Source: Pristiophorus japonicus | Lineage: Eukaryota | Direction of reading: 5' to 3' | DNA length: 64,000 nt | NCBI RefSeq assembly: GCF_044704955.1 | Contig: NC_091992.1 | Coordinates: 3,968,001-4,032,000, forward strand | Shown: piece after piece, positions 1-12,159 of the stretch | Position numbering within the stretch: position 1 is the stretch's first letter | Layout: the number at the start of each line of letters is the position of its first letter | Notes under the pieces: generated by a model | Database searches by the model: none | Seen by the model: only the letters and a program-made list of their open reading frames with translations | Told to the model about the DNA's origin: nothing | Program-made: the position numbers and the translations under genes

Positions 1-709
1 AATGTGGGAAACACTGCAACCAATTTGTGCACAGCAAGCTCCCACAAACGGTAATGAGTTAAATCACCAGATAATCTGTTTTAGTGATGTTGTTTGAAGG
101 ATAAACTCCGGGGAGAACTCCCCTGCTCTTATTCAAAATAGTGCCATGGAATCTTTTAGATACACGAGGGGGCAGACGGGGCCTTGGTTTAATGTTTGAT
201 CTAAAAAGGCAGCACCTCCGACAGTGCGGCGCTCCCTCAGTACTGCCCCTCCGACAGTGCGGCGCTCCCTCAGTACTGCCCCTCCGACAGTACGGCGCTC
301 CCTCAGTACTGCCCCTCCGACATTGCGGCGTTCCCTCAGTACCGCCCCTCCGACAGTGCGGCGCTCCCTCAGTACTGCCCCTCCGACAGTGCGGCGCTCC
401 CTCAGTACTGCCCCTCCGACAGTGCGGCGCTCCCTCAGTACTGCCCCTCCGACAGTGCGGCGCTCCCTCAGTACTGCCCCTCCGACAGTGCGGCGCTCCC
501 TCAGTACTGCCCCTCCGACAGTGCGGCGCTCCCTCAGTACTGCCCCTCCAACAGTGCGGCGCTCCCTCAGTACTGCCCCTCCGACAGTGCGGCGCTCCCT
601 CAGTACTGCCCCTCCAACAGTGCGGCGCTCCCTCAGTACTGCCCCTCCGACACTGCGGCGCTCCCTCAGCACTGCACTGGGAGAGTCAGCATGGAACATG
701 TGCTCAAGT
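1..709 (-). mobile_element. Deu-domain SINE (SacSINE1/AmnSINE-like) with internal 33-bp array (about 14 units, 217-672)
   Basis: Deu-like core (AAAAGATTCCATGGCACTATTTTGAA on minus); unit CCGACAGTGCGGCGCTCCCTCAGTACTGCCCCT. Confidence 0.8.
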
Positions 710-2213
710 TGGGGGGGGGTTGGGGGAGATGAGGAGCACAGATGGATGAAGTATTCTCAGCTTTATGCAAATAATTAAAATATTCGAGGTGTAACTTCCT
801 CCCCCCCCCCTTTCCAGGACACTGAACTATAATGGTGGCAGTGGTAGATTAAGTGTCAAGGAATGTCTCGCTGAAATGGCACAGGGCTATAGTCCAGACC
901 ACACACTGAGCACTGCCTCCAGCTCAGGTCATTGTGACACGAGGGAGAAGGTCACACCCAAAAGCCACCGAGCAGACTGATTGTTGGCACCAGAGTTCCA
1001 GGAGGAGACAGGGGAAGTGGCAGCTGTTTAGCCTGGATGAGCGTCGAGTGAGAGGGCGCCTTGTTGTGGTGTATTAGATAGTAAACAGTGTGGGAAAGGG
1101 AAAATCTGGAACACTGCTTCAAGCTGCACACTCGGAGAAGTTTCAAACTGTGGAGAGGACGGACGTCGGAAGTTATTCACAGAGGGCGTGATGAAAACCT
1201 GGAACAGATTTCTGGATAGGGGAGTGGAAGCGATAAAACTCGGAAGCAGCGAATAGAAACAGACGCAGTGATGGGGGGGGCTGTAGGTTCTCTTTGATTC
1301 AATGAGGAAGGATAGTCCTGACCTGGATCGACCTCGTGAGCTGATGGCCGGATGTACAGAAGGGGTTTTTCATGTACCTCAAAATGGAGGATCCCACTGG
1401 AGCTGTGAACCTGCCTTCCGTCTTTCAGAAACCGAACGGTCTGGTGCGCGATTGGGAGAGGATTTCTAGACGGGATATCAAAGCCGCCCGACCCCATTGG
1501 TTTGAGGCCAGGGGCCATTTTAACCCGAGGCTCACTGGCCTCCCCCCGGCAAAGCTGGCCATCTGAAAGGGGCAGAAGGAGTGAGCTAGCCGGCTTCAGG
1601 CAGGTTCGGAGGCCATAGGGGGGGGGGAAGGGGCAGCAGGTAGTTGGGGGTGGGGGGGGGCAGGGGCAGTGCAGACTGGCCTCATTGGGCTCTGAGACAC
1701 ACCTATTTACATTAGGAGCGTCTCTTCTTCCCCGCCAGGCTGCACCAAGTGGTGGGCACCCAAATCACTCGGCGGTGAAAATTCCCTCGGGTCTGAGTGA
1801 CATCACTGGCACCCGATTAGAATGCATTAATGAGATCCCCGCCGGAGTCAGGCAGGGCTCAAAGCCGCTGAAGGAAAGGGCCCGGTTACGGTCGCGGCCA
1901 TCGAGTGGGAACGGTGGCGGTAAGTTCCTAGTGCCGGTTTTACCAGCGTGTCCGGATTCTCCCTGCCGGACAGGGTGGATTACAATCCCGAACACCCCCA
2001 CCGCCAATTAATTTGGGATTTCCCACATTACAGCAGTGACCACACTTCTCAAGCACTTCATTGGCTGGCATGCGCTTTGAGATGTCCAGAGGTTGTGAAA
2101 GGCGCTATACAAATGCTAGACTTGGGGTTTTTTTTTTTGCAGCACGCTTAAGCATTTTAATCTGCGACGGCACCGATCCCTTACAGGCCTCATCGCAATA
2201 TACCGCTTCTCAC

Positions 2214-2329
2214 CTGCATCCTCGTCTTCACCACATCCAGGGGGGTGTTGCCGAAGACACTGGCTGCCCCAGCACTGGCTCCGAACGCAGCCGTAACAAA
2301 GGGATTGATTGATTTACCGGGGTCGTTGC
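2214..2329 (-). CDS. SLC25A1: SLC25A1-like exon 7 (gene expected to continue left of the window)
   Basis: 116 bp; GNDPGKSINPFVTAAFGASAGAASVFGNTPLDVVKTRMQ (third PxDxxK); donor GTGAG. Confidence 0.95.
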
Positions 2330-2599
2330 CTGCAAGTAGAGAAGGCATCATCGATCTGACTCAAACTGTAACATATCAGCGATCCAAGGCCCAGCGTGGA
2401 TTTGCTCGGGCGCCCCACGTCTGAGCACCCTCCTGGGCAACAGCAGCAAAAGTGAGGCGGGAGGGCCGAGAATGTTCCTGCGGTCTGGTTTCCACGGCAA
2501 CGCGTTATCTGCAGCGCCTGCAGGCCTCTGGGCCTTGGTGGAAACCCTTGGAAAGGTAAAGGGGGCGGATATCAGGCACCGTCCTCCCCGCTGTATCCG

Positions 2600-3255
2600 G
2601 GGAACCAGCATTCCCCCAGCGCCCCCCCCTCTCCCCAATGGGTAAGATGGGAACCGGCATTCCCCCAGCGCCCCCCCCTCTCCCCCAATGGGTAAAGGGG
2701 ATGGGAACCGGCATTCCCCCAGCACCCCCCCCCCCCCCCCAATGGGTAAGATGGGAACCGGCATTCCCCCAGCGCACCCCTCCCCCCCCACCAATGGGTA
2801 AAGGGGACGGGAACTGGCATTCCCCCAGCGCCCGCCCCCAATGGATAAAGGGGACAGGAACCGGCATTCCCCCAGCGCCCCCCCCCCCCCCCCCCCAATG
2901 GGTAAGATTGGAACCGGCATTCCCCCAGCGCCCCCCCCCCACCAATGGGTAAAGGGGACGGGAACCGGCATTCCCCCAGCACCCCCCCAATGGGTAAGAT
3001 GGGAACCGGCATTCCCCCAGCCCCCCCCCCCCACCAATGGGTAAAGGGGACGGGAACCGGCATTCCCCCAGCGCCCCCCCACCAATGGGTAAAAGGGACG
3101 GGAACCGGCATTCCCCCAGCGCCCCCCCCCCCCCCCCCCCACCAATGGGTAAAGGGAACCGGCATTCCCCCAGCGCCCCCTCCCCCCCCAATGGGTAAAA
3201 GGGACGGGAACTGGCATTCCCCCAGCGCCTGCCCCCAATGGATAAAGGAGATGGG
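2600..3255. repeat. Minisatellite of about 50-60 bp with variable C-runs
   Basis: CCAATGGGTAAAGGGGACGGGAACCGGCATTCCCCCAGCGCCCC repeated about 11 times. Confidence 0.9.
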
Positions 3256-3280
3256 ATGATGTCCATCTCCGGACACTCAC

Positions 3281-3385
3281 CTTTGTACCAATTGCGTAGC
3301 CCAGTCATCACAAAGAAGCGGATGGCCTGGTTTGTGCCTTGTTTGAGGACAGTGGCCGTCACTCCCTGGTACGTTCCCCGAAGAC
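3281..3385 (-). CDS. SLC25A1: SLC25A1-like exon 6
   Basis: 105 bp; GLRGTYQGVTATVLKQGTNQAIRFFVMTGLRNWYK; donor GTGAGT. Confidence 0.95.
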
Positions 3386-4547
3386 CTGAAAGCAGAAACA
3401 TTAAAGACCCTCAGCGAGAGATTGGCGAGAACCTCAATTATCGCCGAATAAACAGTGTTTGTTTGGGGGGGGGGGGGGGAGGCTGTTCTCCCTTGCTCTC
3501 CCTGCTCACCCCCCAGGAACACACTGACTCGGTCAGGCCACAGTGGTCCTCAGTACCTTGACTCTTGGACCCGCGAGCAGAGTTGCCCAGTAGGTCAGCC
3601 ACTCGCCACACGTGCCTGACTGGGAATCCCGATGGGGCGGATTGCATTCCTGATCAGTAAAACACGAGTCAGACACCAGCGCTGGTCACATGATCGATAC
3701 TCCTAATCGCACGGTGTGCGCGTGTGAACTTTAACCTTTCTGTGGGTTTGTGGGTAAAATGGAGGGGGGGAAAGGCCGAGAGAGCGAGTGTGCTTTGATC
3801 GTTGGGGAAGCTTTACCCCCTCGGTCACTGAGCGGCGGGAGATGTTTGTTCAGCAAATATCCCCGTCTGAACCACATTTACCCTCCATCGCCAGCGAGGC
3901 AGTTTCTGCTACAAACAGTGCGTGCGGCTAAAACAGTGTCGCCATAGCAACACCTGGGGCTGGTCAGCGATTCCTATTGGATGACTCGGGCCTGGGCAGT
4001 GAATGCGGGTTGGGTTCTGTGGCTAGAGGGTCTTGTGATTGAATCTGGGCAGGGGTAGTGTAGGCTTCCGAGGCAGGTACAGATAGCGTCGTGCACTGGC
4101 GATGATCCTGGACTGGCAAGCCAGAGGGTGCAAGTTCCCATCCCACCATAAAATGATTAAAACCCGGTTCATTAGTACCCTTCAGCCACCCTGATGGGCA
4201 ACTCCAGTCCAATATTATGCTGACCTATAACCCCAGGGTCTAGGAATGGGCAATAAATACTGCTGCATCCCAAGAAGGGATAATACAGGAGACTGCAGGG
4301 ACTGTGTGTAGTACTCGCCTTATTGTTCGCTTCTGGCAATTAAAAGCAAAATGAAGAGGGACTTGCTCTCTCTCGGGCTATTCGACGGTTTCTCTAAAAT
4401 TGAGGATAGGCCTGCAATTCTCCTGAAAGCTGCCCTTCAGTCTGGTTTCTGACCAGCTCACAACACGAAGAGCTCCTTTTCCTTCTTCTCCCGAGGGTTC
4501 CCAACTCTGGTTGGATGTATTCCCGGAGGAACCATCACATCACCTCC

Positions 4548-5110
4548 CGCCTTGCTACAACTGTACAGGGCCCTGGTGAGACCGCACCTGGAGTACTGGG
4601 CACAGTCTCGGTCTCCGTATCTAAGGAAGGATATACTTGCCTTGGAGGCAGTGCAACGGGGGTTCACTGGATTGATTCCTGGGATGAGAGGGCTGTCTTA
4701 TGATGAGAGTTTGTGTAGAATGGGCCGATATTCTCTGGAGTTTAGAAGAAAGATTGGTGATCGCATTGAAACATATCAGATTCTGAGGGGGATTGACAGG
4801 GTAGATGCAGGGAGGGTGTTTCCCCCGGGCTGGAGAGTCGAGAATTAGGGGGCACAGTCTCAGGATAAGGGGTCGACTATTTAAAACTGAGAAGAGGAGG
4901 AATTTCTTCACTCAGAGGGTTGGGAACCTTTGGAATTCTCTGCCCCATGGGGCTGTAGATACAGAGTCTCTGAATATATTCAAGTCTGAGATCAAGATAT
5001 TTTTGGACTCTAGGGGAATCAAGCGATATGGGGATCGTGCAGGAAAGTGGAGTTGATGATCAGCCATGATCTTATTGAATGGCCGACTCCTGCTCCTAAT
5101 TCTTATGTTC
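4548..5110 (+). mobile_element. CR1 LINE 3' fragment
   Basis: LQLYRALVRPHLEY... RT C-terminus and CR1 3' UTR. Confidence 0.9.
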
Positions 5111-5460
5111 TTCAACCATCGCACCCAGTCGAACAGCCCCTTCCCCACCTCCAATATTTTTATAATTAATAAACACAAGTGTTCAAAGAAAATGAAAAAC
5201 AAACACAATTTGCTCACAGCCGTGCCCGGGAGATGAATCTTTAAATCACGGAGACCCTAGGGCAATCCCACCCATTGCGTCGCTAATCCCAGTCACTCTG
5301 ATCCGTCTCTTCCCCCTCGCTTGGTTTTCACAAGGAACAGGAGCAGGAGTGGGCCGTAGGGCCCCCTCGAACCTGCTCTGTGCAATTCTCCGGAGAAAGG
5401 CTCCTTGCAACAAGACCTGGCTCTTGCTCCCTTGATGCACCTCCTAGTCGAGGGGCCTAC

Positions 5461-5545
5461 CTTGTTCTCGAATAATCTCCCGGAGACCATGGAAAAACCC
5501 ATGGTATTTGGGATTAGGCGAGCACTGGTCATGAATAAACTTCAC
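5461..5545 (-). CDS. SLC25A1: SLC25A1-like exon 5
   Basis: 85 bp; [28 protein letters not shown]; AG/GT bounded. Confidence 0.95.
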
Positions 5546-5717
5546 CTAGAAGAGCAAACACAGAAAGGTATTCAAATACTCTTCAACAGTAAACAGAGAT
5601 ACTCGAGGGGATTGAGACATAGGACTGTTACTTTATATATAAAGACTGAGACATGGGCTATATCACAAAGGAAATTGATAGCAGTGGGAAGAGATACAGG
5701 TTATAGCACGCAGTGTA

Positions 5718-8057
5718 TAGAAACATAGTATAGAAACATAGAAATTAGGTGCAGGAGCAGGCCATTTGGTCCTTCGAGCCTGCACCGCCATTCAATAAGA
5801 TCATGGCTGATCATTCAACCTCAGTACCTCTTTCCTGCTTTCTCTCCATACCTCTTGATCCCTTTGGCCGTAAGGGCCATATCTAACTACCTTTTGAATA
5901 TATCTAACGAACTGGCCTCAACAACTTTCTGCGGTAGAGAATTCCACAGGTTCACCACTCTGAGTGAAGAGGTTTTTCCTCATCTCGGTCCTAAATGGCT
6001 TACGCCTTATTCTTAGACTGTGACCCCTGGTTCTGGAACTCCCCAGTAAAGGGAACATTCTTCCTGCATCTAACCTGCCCAATCCTATCAGAATTTTATA
6101 TGTTTCTATGAGATCCCCTCTCATTCTTCTGAACTCCAGTGGATACAAGCCCAGTCGATCCAGTCTCTCCTCATATGTCAGTCCTGCCATCCCGGGAATC
6201 AGTCTGGTGAATCTTCGCTGTACTCCCTCAATAGCAAGAATGTCCTTCCTTAGATTAGGAGACCAAAACTGAACACAATATTCAAGGTGTGGCCTCACCA
6301 AGGCCCTGTACAACTGCAGTAACATCTCCCTGCCCCTGTACTCAAATTCCCTCGCTATGAAGGCCAACATACCATTTGCCTTCTTCACCACCTGCTGTAC
6401 CTGCATGCCAACCTTCAGTGACTGATGAATCAGGACACCCAGGTCTCATTGCACCTCCCCTTTTCCTAATCTGTCACCATTCAGATAATATTCTGTCTTC
6501 CTGTTTTGGCCACCAAAGTGGATAACCTCACATTTATCCACATCATACTGCATCTGCCATGCATTTGCCCACACACCTAACCTGTCCAAGTCACCCTGCA
6601 GCCTCTTAGCATCCTCTTCACAACTCACATCGCCACCCAGCTTAGTGTCATCTGCAAACTTGGGAGATATTACATTCAATTCCTTCATCTAAATCATTAA
6701 TGTATATTGTAAAGAGCTGGGGTCCCAGCACTGAGCCCTGCGGCACCCCACTGGTCACTGCCTGCCATTCTGAAAAGGACCCGTTTATTCCGACTCTCTG
6801 CTTCCTGTCTGCCAACCAGTTCTCTATCCATGTCAAGACATTACCCCTAATACCATGTGCTTTAATTTTGCACACTAATCTCTTGTGTGGGACCTTGTCA
6901 AAAGCCTTTTAAAAGTCCAAATACACCACATCCACTGGTTCTCCCTTGTCCACTCTACAAGTTACATCCTCAAAAAATTCCAGAAGATTTGTCAAGCATG
7001 ATTTCCCTTTCATAAATCCATGCTGACTTGGACCGATCCTGTCACTGCTTTCCAAATGCGCTGCTATTTCATCTTTAATAATTGATTCCAACATTTTCCC
7101 CACCACCGATGTCAGGCTAACCGGTCTATAATTCCGTTTTCTCTCTCCCTCCTTTTTTAAAAAGTGGTGTTACCTGAGCTACCCTCCAGTCCATAGGAAC
7201 TGATCCAGAGTCAATAGAATGTTGGAAAATGATCACCAATGCATCCACTATTTCTAGGGCCACTTCCTTAAGTACTCTGGGATGCAGCCTATCAGGCCCT
7301 GGGGATTTATCGGCCTTCAATCCCATCAATTTCCCTAACATCATTTCCTGACTAATAAAGATTTCCTTCAGTTCCTCCTTTTCGCTAGACTCTCGAACCC
7401 CTAGTATTCCCGGAAGGTTATTTGTGTCTTCCTTAGTGAAGACAGATCCAAAGTATTTGTTCAATTGGTCTGCCATTTCTTTGTTCCCCATTATAAATTC
7501 ACCTGATTCTGACTGCAAAGGACCTACGTTGGTCTTCACTAATCTTTTTCTCTTCACATATCTATAGAAGTTTTTATGTTCCCAGCAAGCTTCCTCTCAT
7601 ACTCTATTTCCCCCCTCCTAATTAGGCCCTTTGTCCTCTGCTGAATTCTAAATTTCTCCCAGTCCTCAGGTTTGCTGCTTTTTCTGGCCAATTTATATGC
7701 CTCTTCCTTGGAGTTAACACTATCCCTAATTTCCCTTGTTAGCCACGGTTGAGCTACCTTCCCCGTTTTATTTTTACTCCTGACAGGGATGTACAATTGT
7801 TGAAGTTAATCCATGGGATTTATAAATGTCTGCCATTGCCTATCCACTGTCAACCCTTTAAGTATTATTTGTCAGTCTATCCTAGCCAATTCACATCTCA
7901 TACCATCGAAGTTACCTTTCCTTAAGTTCAGGACCCTAATCTCTGAATTAACACGGTCACTCTCCATCTTAATAAAGAATTCTACCATATTTTGGTCACT
8001 CTTCCCCAGGGGGCATCGCACAACAAGATTGCTAATTAGTTCTCTCTCATTACACAA
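5718..8057 (-). mobile_element. 5'-truncated, frameshifted CR1 LINE ORF2
   Basis: [48 protein letters not shown]; (CTATGTTT)n tail. Confidence 0.95.
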
Positions 8058-8549
8058 CATTTGGGGGCTGAGACACGGGTTATAGCACACAGTGTATCGC
8101 GGGTAGTATTTGGAGAGAAAGCAGGAAAGGGGTAGAAAGGGGTAAGGAAAGGGGTACTGAGGGAATGATCAGCCATGATGTTATTGAATGGTGGTGCAGG
8201 CTCGAAGGGCAGAATGGCCTGCTCCTGCACCTATTTTCTATGTTTCTATCTGGGGGCTGAGACACAGGTTATAGCACGCGGTGTATCGCAGGCAGTATCT
8301 GGGTGCTGAGACACGGGTTATATAGCACGCAGTGTGTAGTGGGCAGTATCTCGGCCGGAGTCTGTCTAACACAAGCCAAACTTTGTTTACAATGGTTAGC
8401 AGATTTACCAAAAAAAGTTTAGTTGAAATCATCCAGATTTTAAAATACATTCTTTTTAAGATTACTCCATATAATGACTCTCCCGTCACTCTCTCCTGAC
8501 TTTTCACTCCCGAGCCTGGGTGAGCTGCCGAGCACGTACTACACATTAC

Positions 8550-8688
8550 CTTTACTGTCTCCATGGGGCAGACGATCAGCACAGCCTCGGCTATGCCAGC
8601 TCCCAGGCCGCACAGCAGGCTCTGCTGGGCTGTCAGCTTCCTGTGCTCATCCACTATCTGGTTATTCAGGAATTGAAACATTCCAAAC
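8550..8688 (-). CDS. SLC25A1: SLC25A1-like exon 4
   Basis: 139 bp; [46 protein letters not shown] (second PxExxK). Confidence 0.95.
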
Positions 8689-9397
8689 CTGCGGGGAAAC
8701 GAGGATGGGCGGAAGAACATCAGTCAAGCCGTATCCAACCCCGGGGCAGCCTCATTTCTCTCAGTGCTGTCCGTGGGAGCTTGCTGTGCGCAAATTGGCT
8801 GCTGCGTGTCCCTGCAGCATAACACTGGCCACACTTCATGCTTCATTGGTTGCAACGCGCTCAGGGACATCCCGAGGATGTGAAAGTCTTTCTTTTCATT
8901 CCTTACACGGAGGTTTACTGAGTGACATTGACAGTCGGCCTGGCAACATTGCAGTGATGAGGGGAAGGATTTAGGATTCCCATGCCAGGGTGAGCAAGGT
9001 TGAGCGAGCTGAGGCTGTACCTGCCTCTAATGTACGGTTACAAAGCCGTCCATTCTTTGACCAGAAATTTCTAAAGTGTAACAGGGCAGCAATACGGTGA
9101 AGTGGCTCTGAGTGAAAAGTGATGGAGCTCCAGCTACCCTTTAATGAGCTTGTTCACCTGGGGCCAAACAAACACATTTCATGTCAACAAGTTAACATTC
9201 TCGTTACAGATATCGTCCACAATGACTTCAACCCACAAACGTTGCGATGTTTGAAAGCAGCGGTCCATAATGTGGAGGAATCAGCTAGCACGATTTTCAA
9301 TGTACTCCCGCCGCCAGCAAAACAAACCTCAGAACTCAATGGTCCCAACCTGCCCTGCAGCCGAATTACCCTCTACTGTCAGCAAGGGCTCAGAGAG

Positions 9398-9950
9398 CAG
9401 CACTCTCTATCTCCCTCACCTCTCAGTCGCAAGGTTGTGGGTTCAAGTCCCACTCCAGAGATTTGAGCATAAAAATCTAGGCAGACACTCCAGTGCAGTG
9501 CTGAGGGAGCGCCGCACTGTCGGAGGGGCAGTGCTGAGGGAGCGCCGCGCTGTCGGAGGGGCAGTACTGAGGGAGTGCCGCGCTGTCGGAGGGGCAGTGC
9601 TGAGGGAGCGCCGCACTGTCGGAGGGGCAGTGCTGAGGGAGTGCCGCGCTGTCGGAGGGGCAGTACTGAGGGAGCGCCGCGCTGTCGGAGGGGCAGTGCT
9701 GAGGAAGCGCCGCGCTGTCGGAGGGGCAGTGCTGAGGGAGCGCCACGCTGTCGGAGGGGCAGTGCTGAGGGAGCCCTGCGATGTCGGAAGGGCAGTGCTG
9801 AAGGAGCCCTGCGCTGTCGGAAGGGCAGTGCTGAAGGAGCCCTGCGCTGTCGGAGGGGCAGTGCTGAGGGAGCCCTGCGATGTCGGAGGGGCAGTGCTGA
9901 GGGAGCGCCGCGCTGTCGGAGGGGCAGTGCTGAGGGAGCCCTGCGATGTT
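9398..9950 (+). mobile_element. Deu-type SINE 5' half with 33-bp array (about 14 units); a matching tail lies at 10409-10520
   Basis: B-box-like GGTTCAAGTCC followed by the same array. Confidence 0.75.
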
Positions 9951-10021
9951 GGGAGTCTATCTCATAGTGTTCAGTGCGAATCCAAATATCTGGATTGCTC
10001 TGAACTTTACTACATTTGAAC

Positions 10022-10408
10022 TCATAAGAACATAAGAATTAGGAGCAGGAATAGACCATTTGGCTCCTTGAGCCTGCTCTGCCATTCAAGAAGTTCATGG
10101 CTGATCTTGCACCTCAACTAGACTTTCCTGCACTATCCCCATATCCCTTTGGTTCCCGGTGAGTCCAAAAATCTATCGATCTTTGTCGAATATAATCAAT
10201 GACTGAGCCTCCACAGCCCCCTGGGGCAGAGAATTCCAAAGATTCACCACCCTCTGAGTGAAGAAATTTCTCCGCATCTCAGTCCTAAATGGCCGATTTC
10301 AATGAGATCAAACAAAATTCTTACAGGGCTTGACAGGGTAGATGCAGGGAGGATGTTTCCTCTGGCTGGGGAGTCTCGAACCAGAGGTGTCAGTCTCAGG
10401 ATAAGGGG
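10022..10408 (-). mobile_element. CR1 3' fragment with inverted 5' part
   Basis: Minus piece 10022-10296 plus a plus-strand piece ~10303-10408 that are adjacent in the CR1 sequence. Confidence 0.8.
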
Positions 10409-10715
10409 TTTCTGACACTACAACAGTGACTACATTTCAAAACCACTTCACTGGCTGTAAAGCGCTTTGAAACGTGCTGAGGTCATGAAAGGCGCTATAG
10501 AAATGCAAGTCTTTCTTTTTTTTATCCTTCCCCGCTGTACCCACGGGCTGGCACTGTACAGACACCTGCTTTACTCAGTTTCTCGATGCTGCCATCTGCT
10601 GACATTTCCTCAGCGGTACAACCACGTCACATTGCCAAATAAATCATTCCGAGACACATTCACTCTGATTCAGACCTTGGTACTGATCTCAGGAGGGAGG
10701 GCCGTCTGTGTCTGG

Positions 10716-11247
10716 NNNNNNNNNNNNNNNNNNNNNNNNNNNNNNNNNNNNNNNNNNNNNNNNNNNNNNNNNNNNNNNNNNNNNNNNNNNNNNNNNNNNN
10801 NNNNNNNNNNNNNNNNNNNNNNNNNNNNNNNNNNNNNNNNNNNNNNNNNNNNNNNNNNNNNNNNNNNNNNNNNNNNNNNNNNNNNNNNNNNNNNNNNNNN
10901 NNNNNNNNNNNNNNNNNNNNNNNNNNNNNNNNNNNNNNNNNNNNNNNNNNNNNNNNNNNNNNNNNNNNNNNNNNNNNNNNNNNNNNNNNNNNNNNNNNNN
11001 NNNNNNNNNNNNNNNNNNNNNNNNNNNNNNNNNNNNNNNNNNNNNNNNNNNNNNNNNNNNNNNNNNNNNNNNNNNNNNNNNNNNNNNNNNNNNNNNNNNN
11101 NNNNNNNNNNNNNNNNNNNNNNNNNNNNNNNNNNNNNNNNNNNNNNNNNNNNNNNNNNNNNNNNNNNNNNNNNNNNNNNNNNNNNNNNNNNNNNNNNNNN
11201 NNNNNNNNNNNNNNNNNNNNNNNNNNNNNNNNNNNNNNNNNNNNNNN
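10716..11247. other. Assembly gap (others at 57424-57597 and 60684-60883)
   Basis: Runs of N. Confidence 1.
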
Positions 11248-12060
11248 GGAGGAGGGTAGGGGGGAAGAGGAGGAGGAGGGGTAGGGGGAAGAGGAGGAGG
11301 AGGAGGGGTAGGGGGAAGAGGAGGAGGAGGAGGAGGGGTAGGGGGAAGAGGAGGAGGAGGGGTAGGGGGAAGAGGAGGAGGGGTAGGGGGAAGAGGAGGA
11401 GGAGGGGTAGGGGGAAGAGGAGGAGGAGGGGTAGGGGGAAGAGGAGGAGGAGGGGTAGGGGGAAGAGGAGGAGGAGGAGGAGGGGTAGGGGGAAGAGGAG
11501 GAGGAGGGGTAGGGGGAAGAGGAGGAGGAGGGGTAGGGGAAGAGGAGGAGGAGGGGTAGGGGGAAGAGGAAGAGGAGGGGTAGGGGGAAGAGGAGGAGGA
11601 GGGGTAGGGGGAAGAGGGGTAGGGGGAAGAGGAGGAGGAGGGGTAGGGGGAAGAGGAGGAGGAGGGGTAGGGGGAAGAGGAGGAGGAGGGGTAGGGGGAA
11701 GAGGAGGAGGAGGGGTAGGGGGAAGAGGAGGAGGAGGGGTAGGGGGAAGAGGAGGAGGAGGGGTAGGGGGAGAGAAGAGGAGGAGGAGGGGTAGGGGGAG
11801 GAGGGGTAGGGGAAGAGGAGGAGGAGGGGTAGGGGAAGAGGAGGGGTAGGGGGAAGAGGAGGAGGAGGGGTAGGGGGAAGAGGAGGAGGAGGGGTAGGGG
11901 GAAGAGGAGGAGGAGGGGTAGGGGGAAGAGGAGGAGGAGGGGTAGGGGGAAGAGGAGGGAGGAGGGGTAGGGGGAAAGAGGAGGAGGATGGGTAGGGGGA
12001 AAGAGGAGGAGGAGGGAGGAGTAGGGGGAAAGAGGAGGAGGGAGGAGGGGGTAGTGGGAA
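11248..12060. repeat. Polypurine repeat (GGA)n-GGGGTAGGGGGAAGA next to a gap
   Basis: Directly visible. Confidence 0.95.
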
Positions 12061-12159
12061 GAGGCCAATAAATCGGCCAACAGCGAGGCAATGAATCCCA
12101 GGGAGAGACCTGTGGAAAGGAGGAAGGAGATCAGTAGGAGTATGTGTGTGTGTATGAAC

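Noticed and set aside
217-672. 33-bp arrays as CRISPR arrays
   Set aside because: Units are head-to-tail with no unique spacers, sit inside SINEs, and there are no cas genes; the context is eukaryotic.
1410-1985. Possible non-autonomous DNA transposon
   Set aside because: It looks repeat-like, but I could not define terminal inverted repeats or a TSD.
710-2213. SLC25A1-like exons 8-9
   Set aside because: No GLEAHKY- or FYKGTVPRL-like sequence found by eye; they are probably left of the window, so truncation is not claimed.
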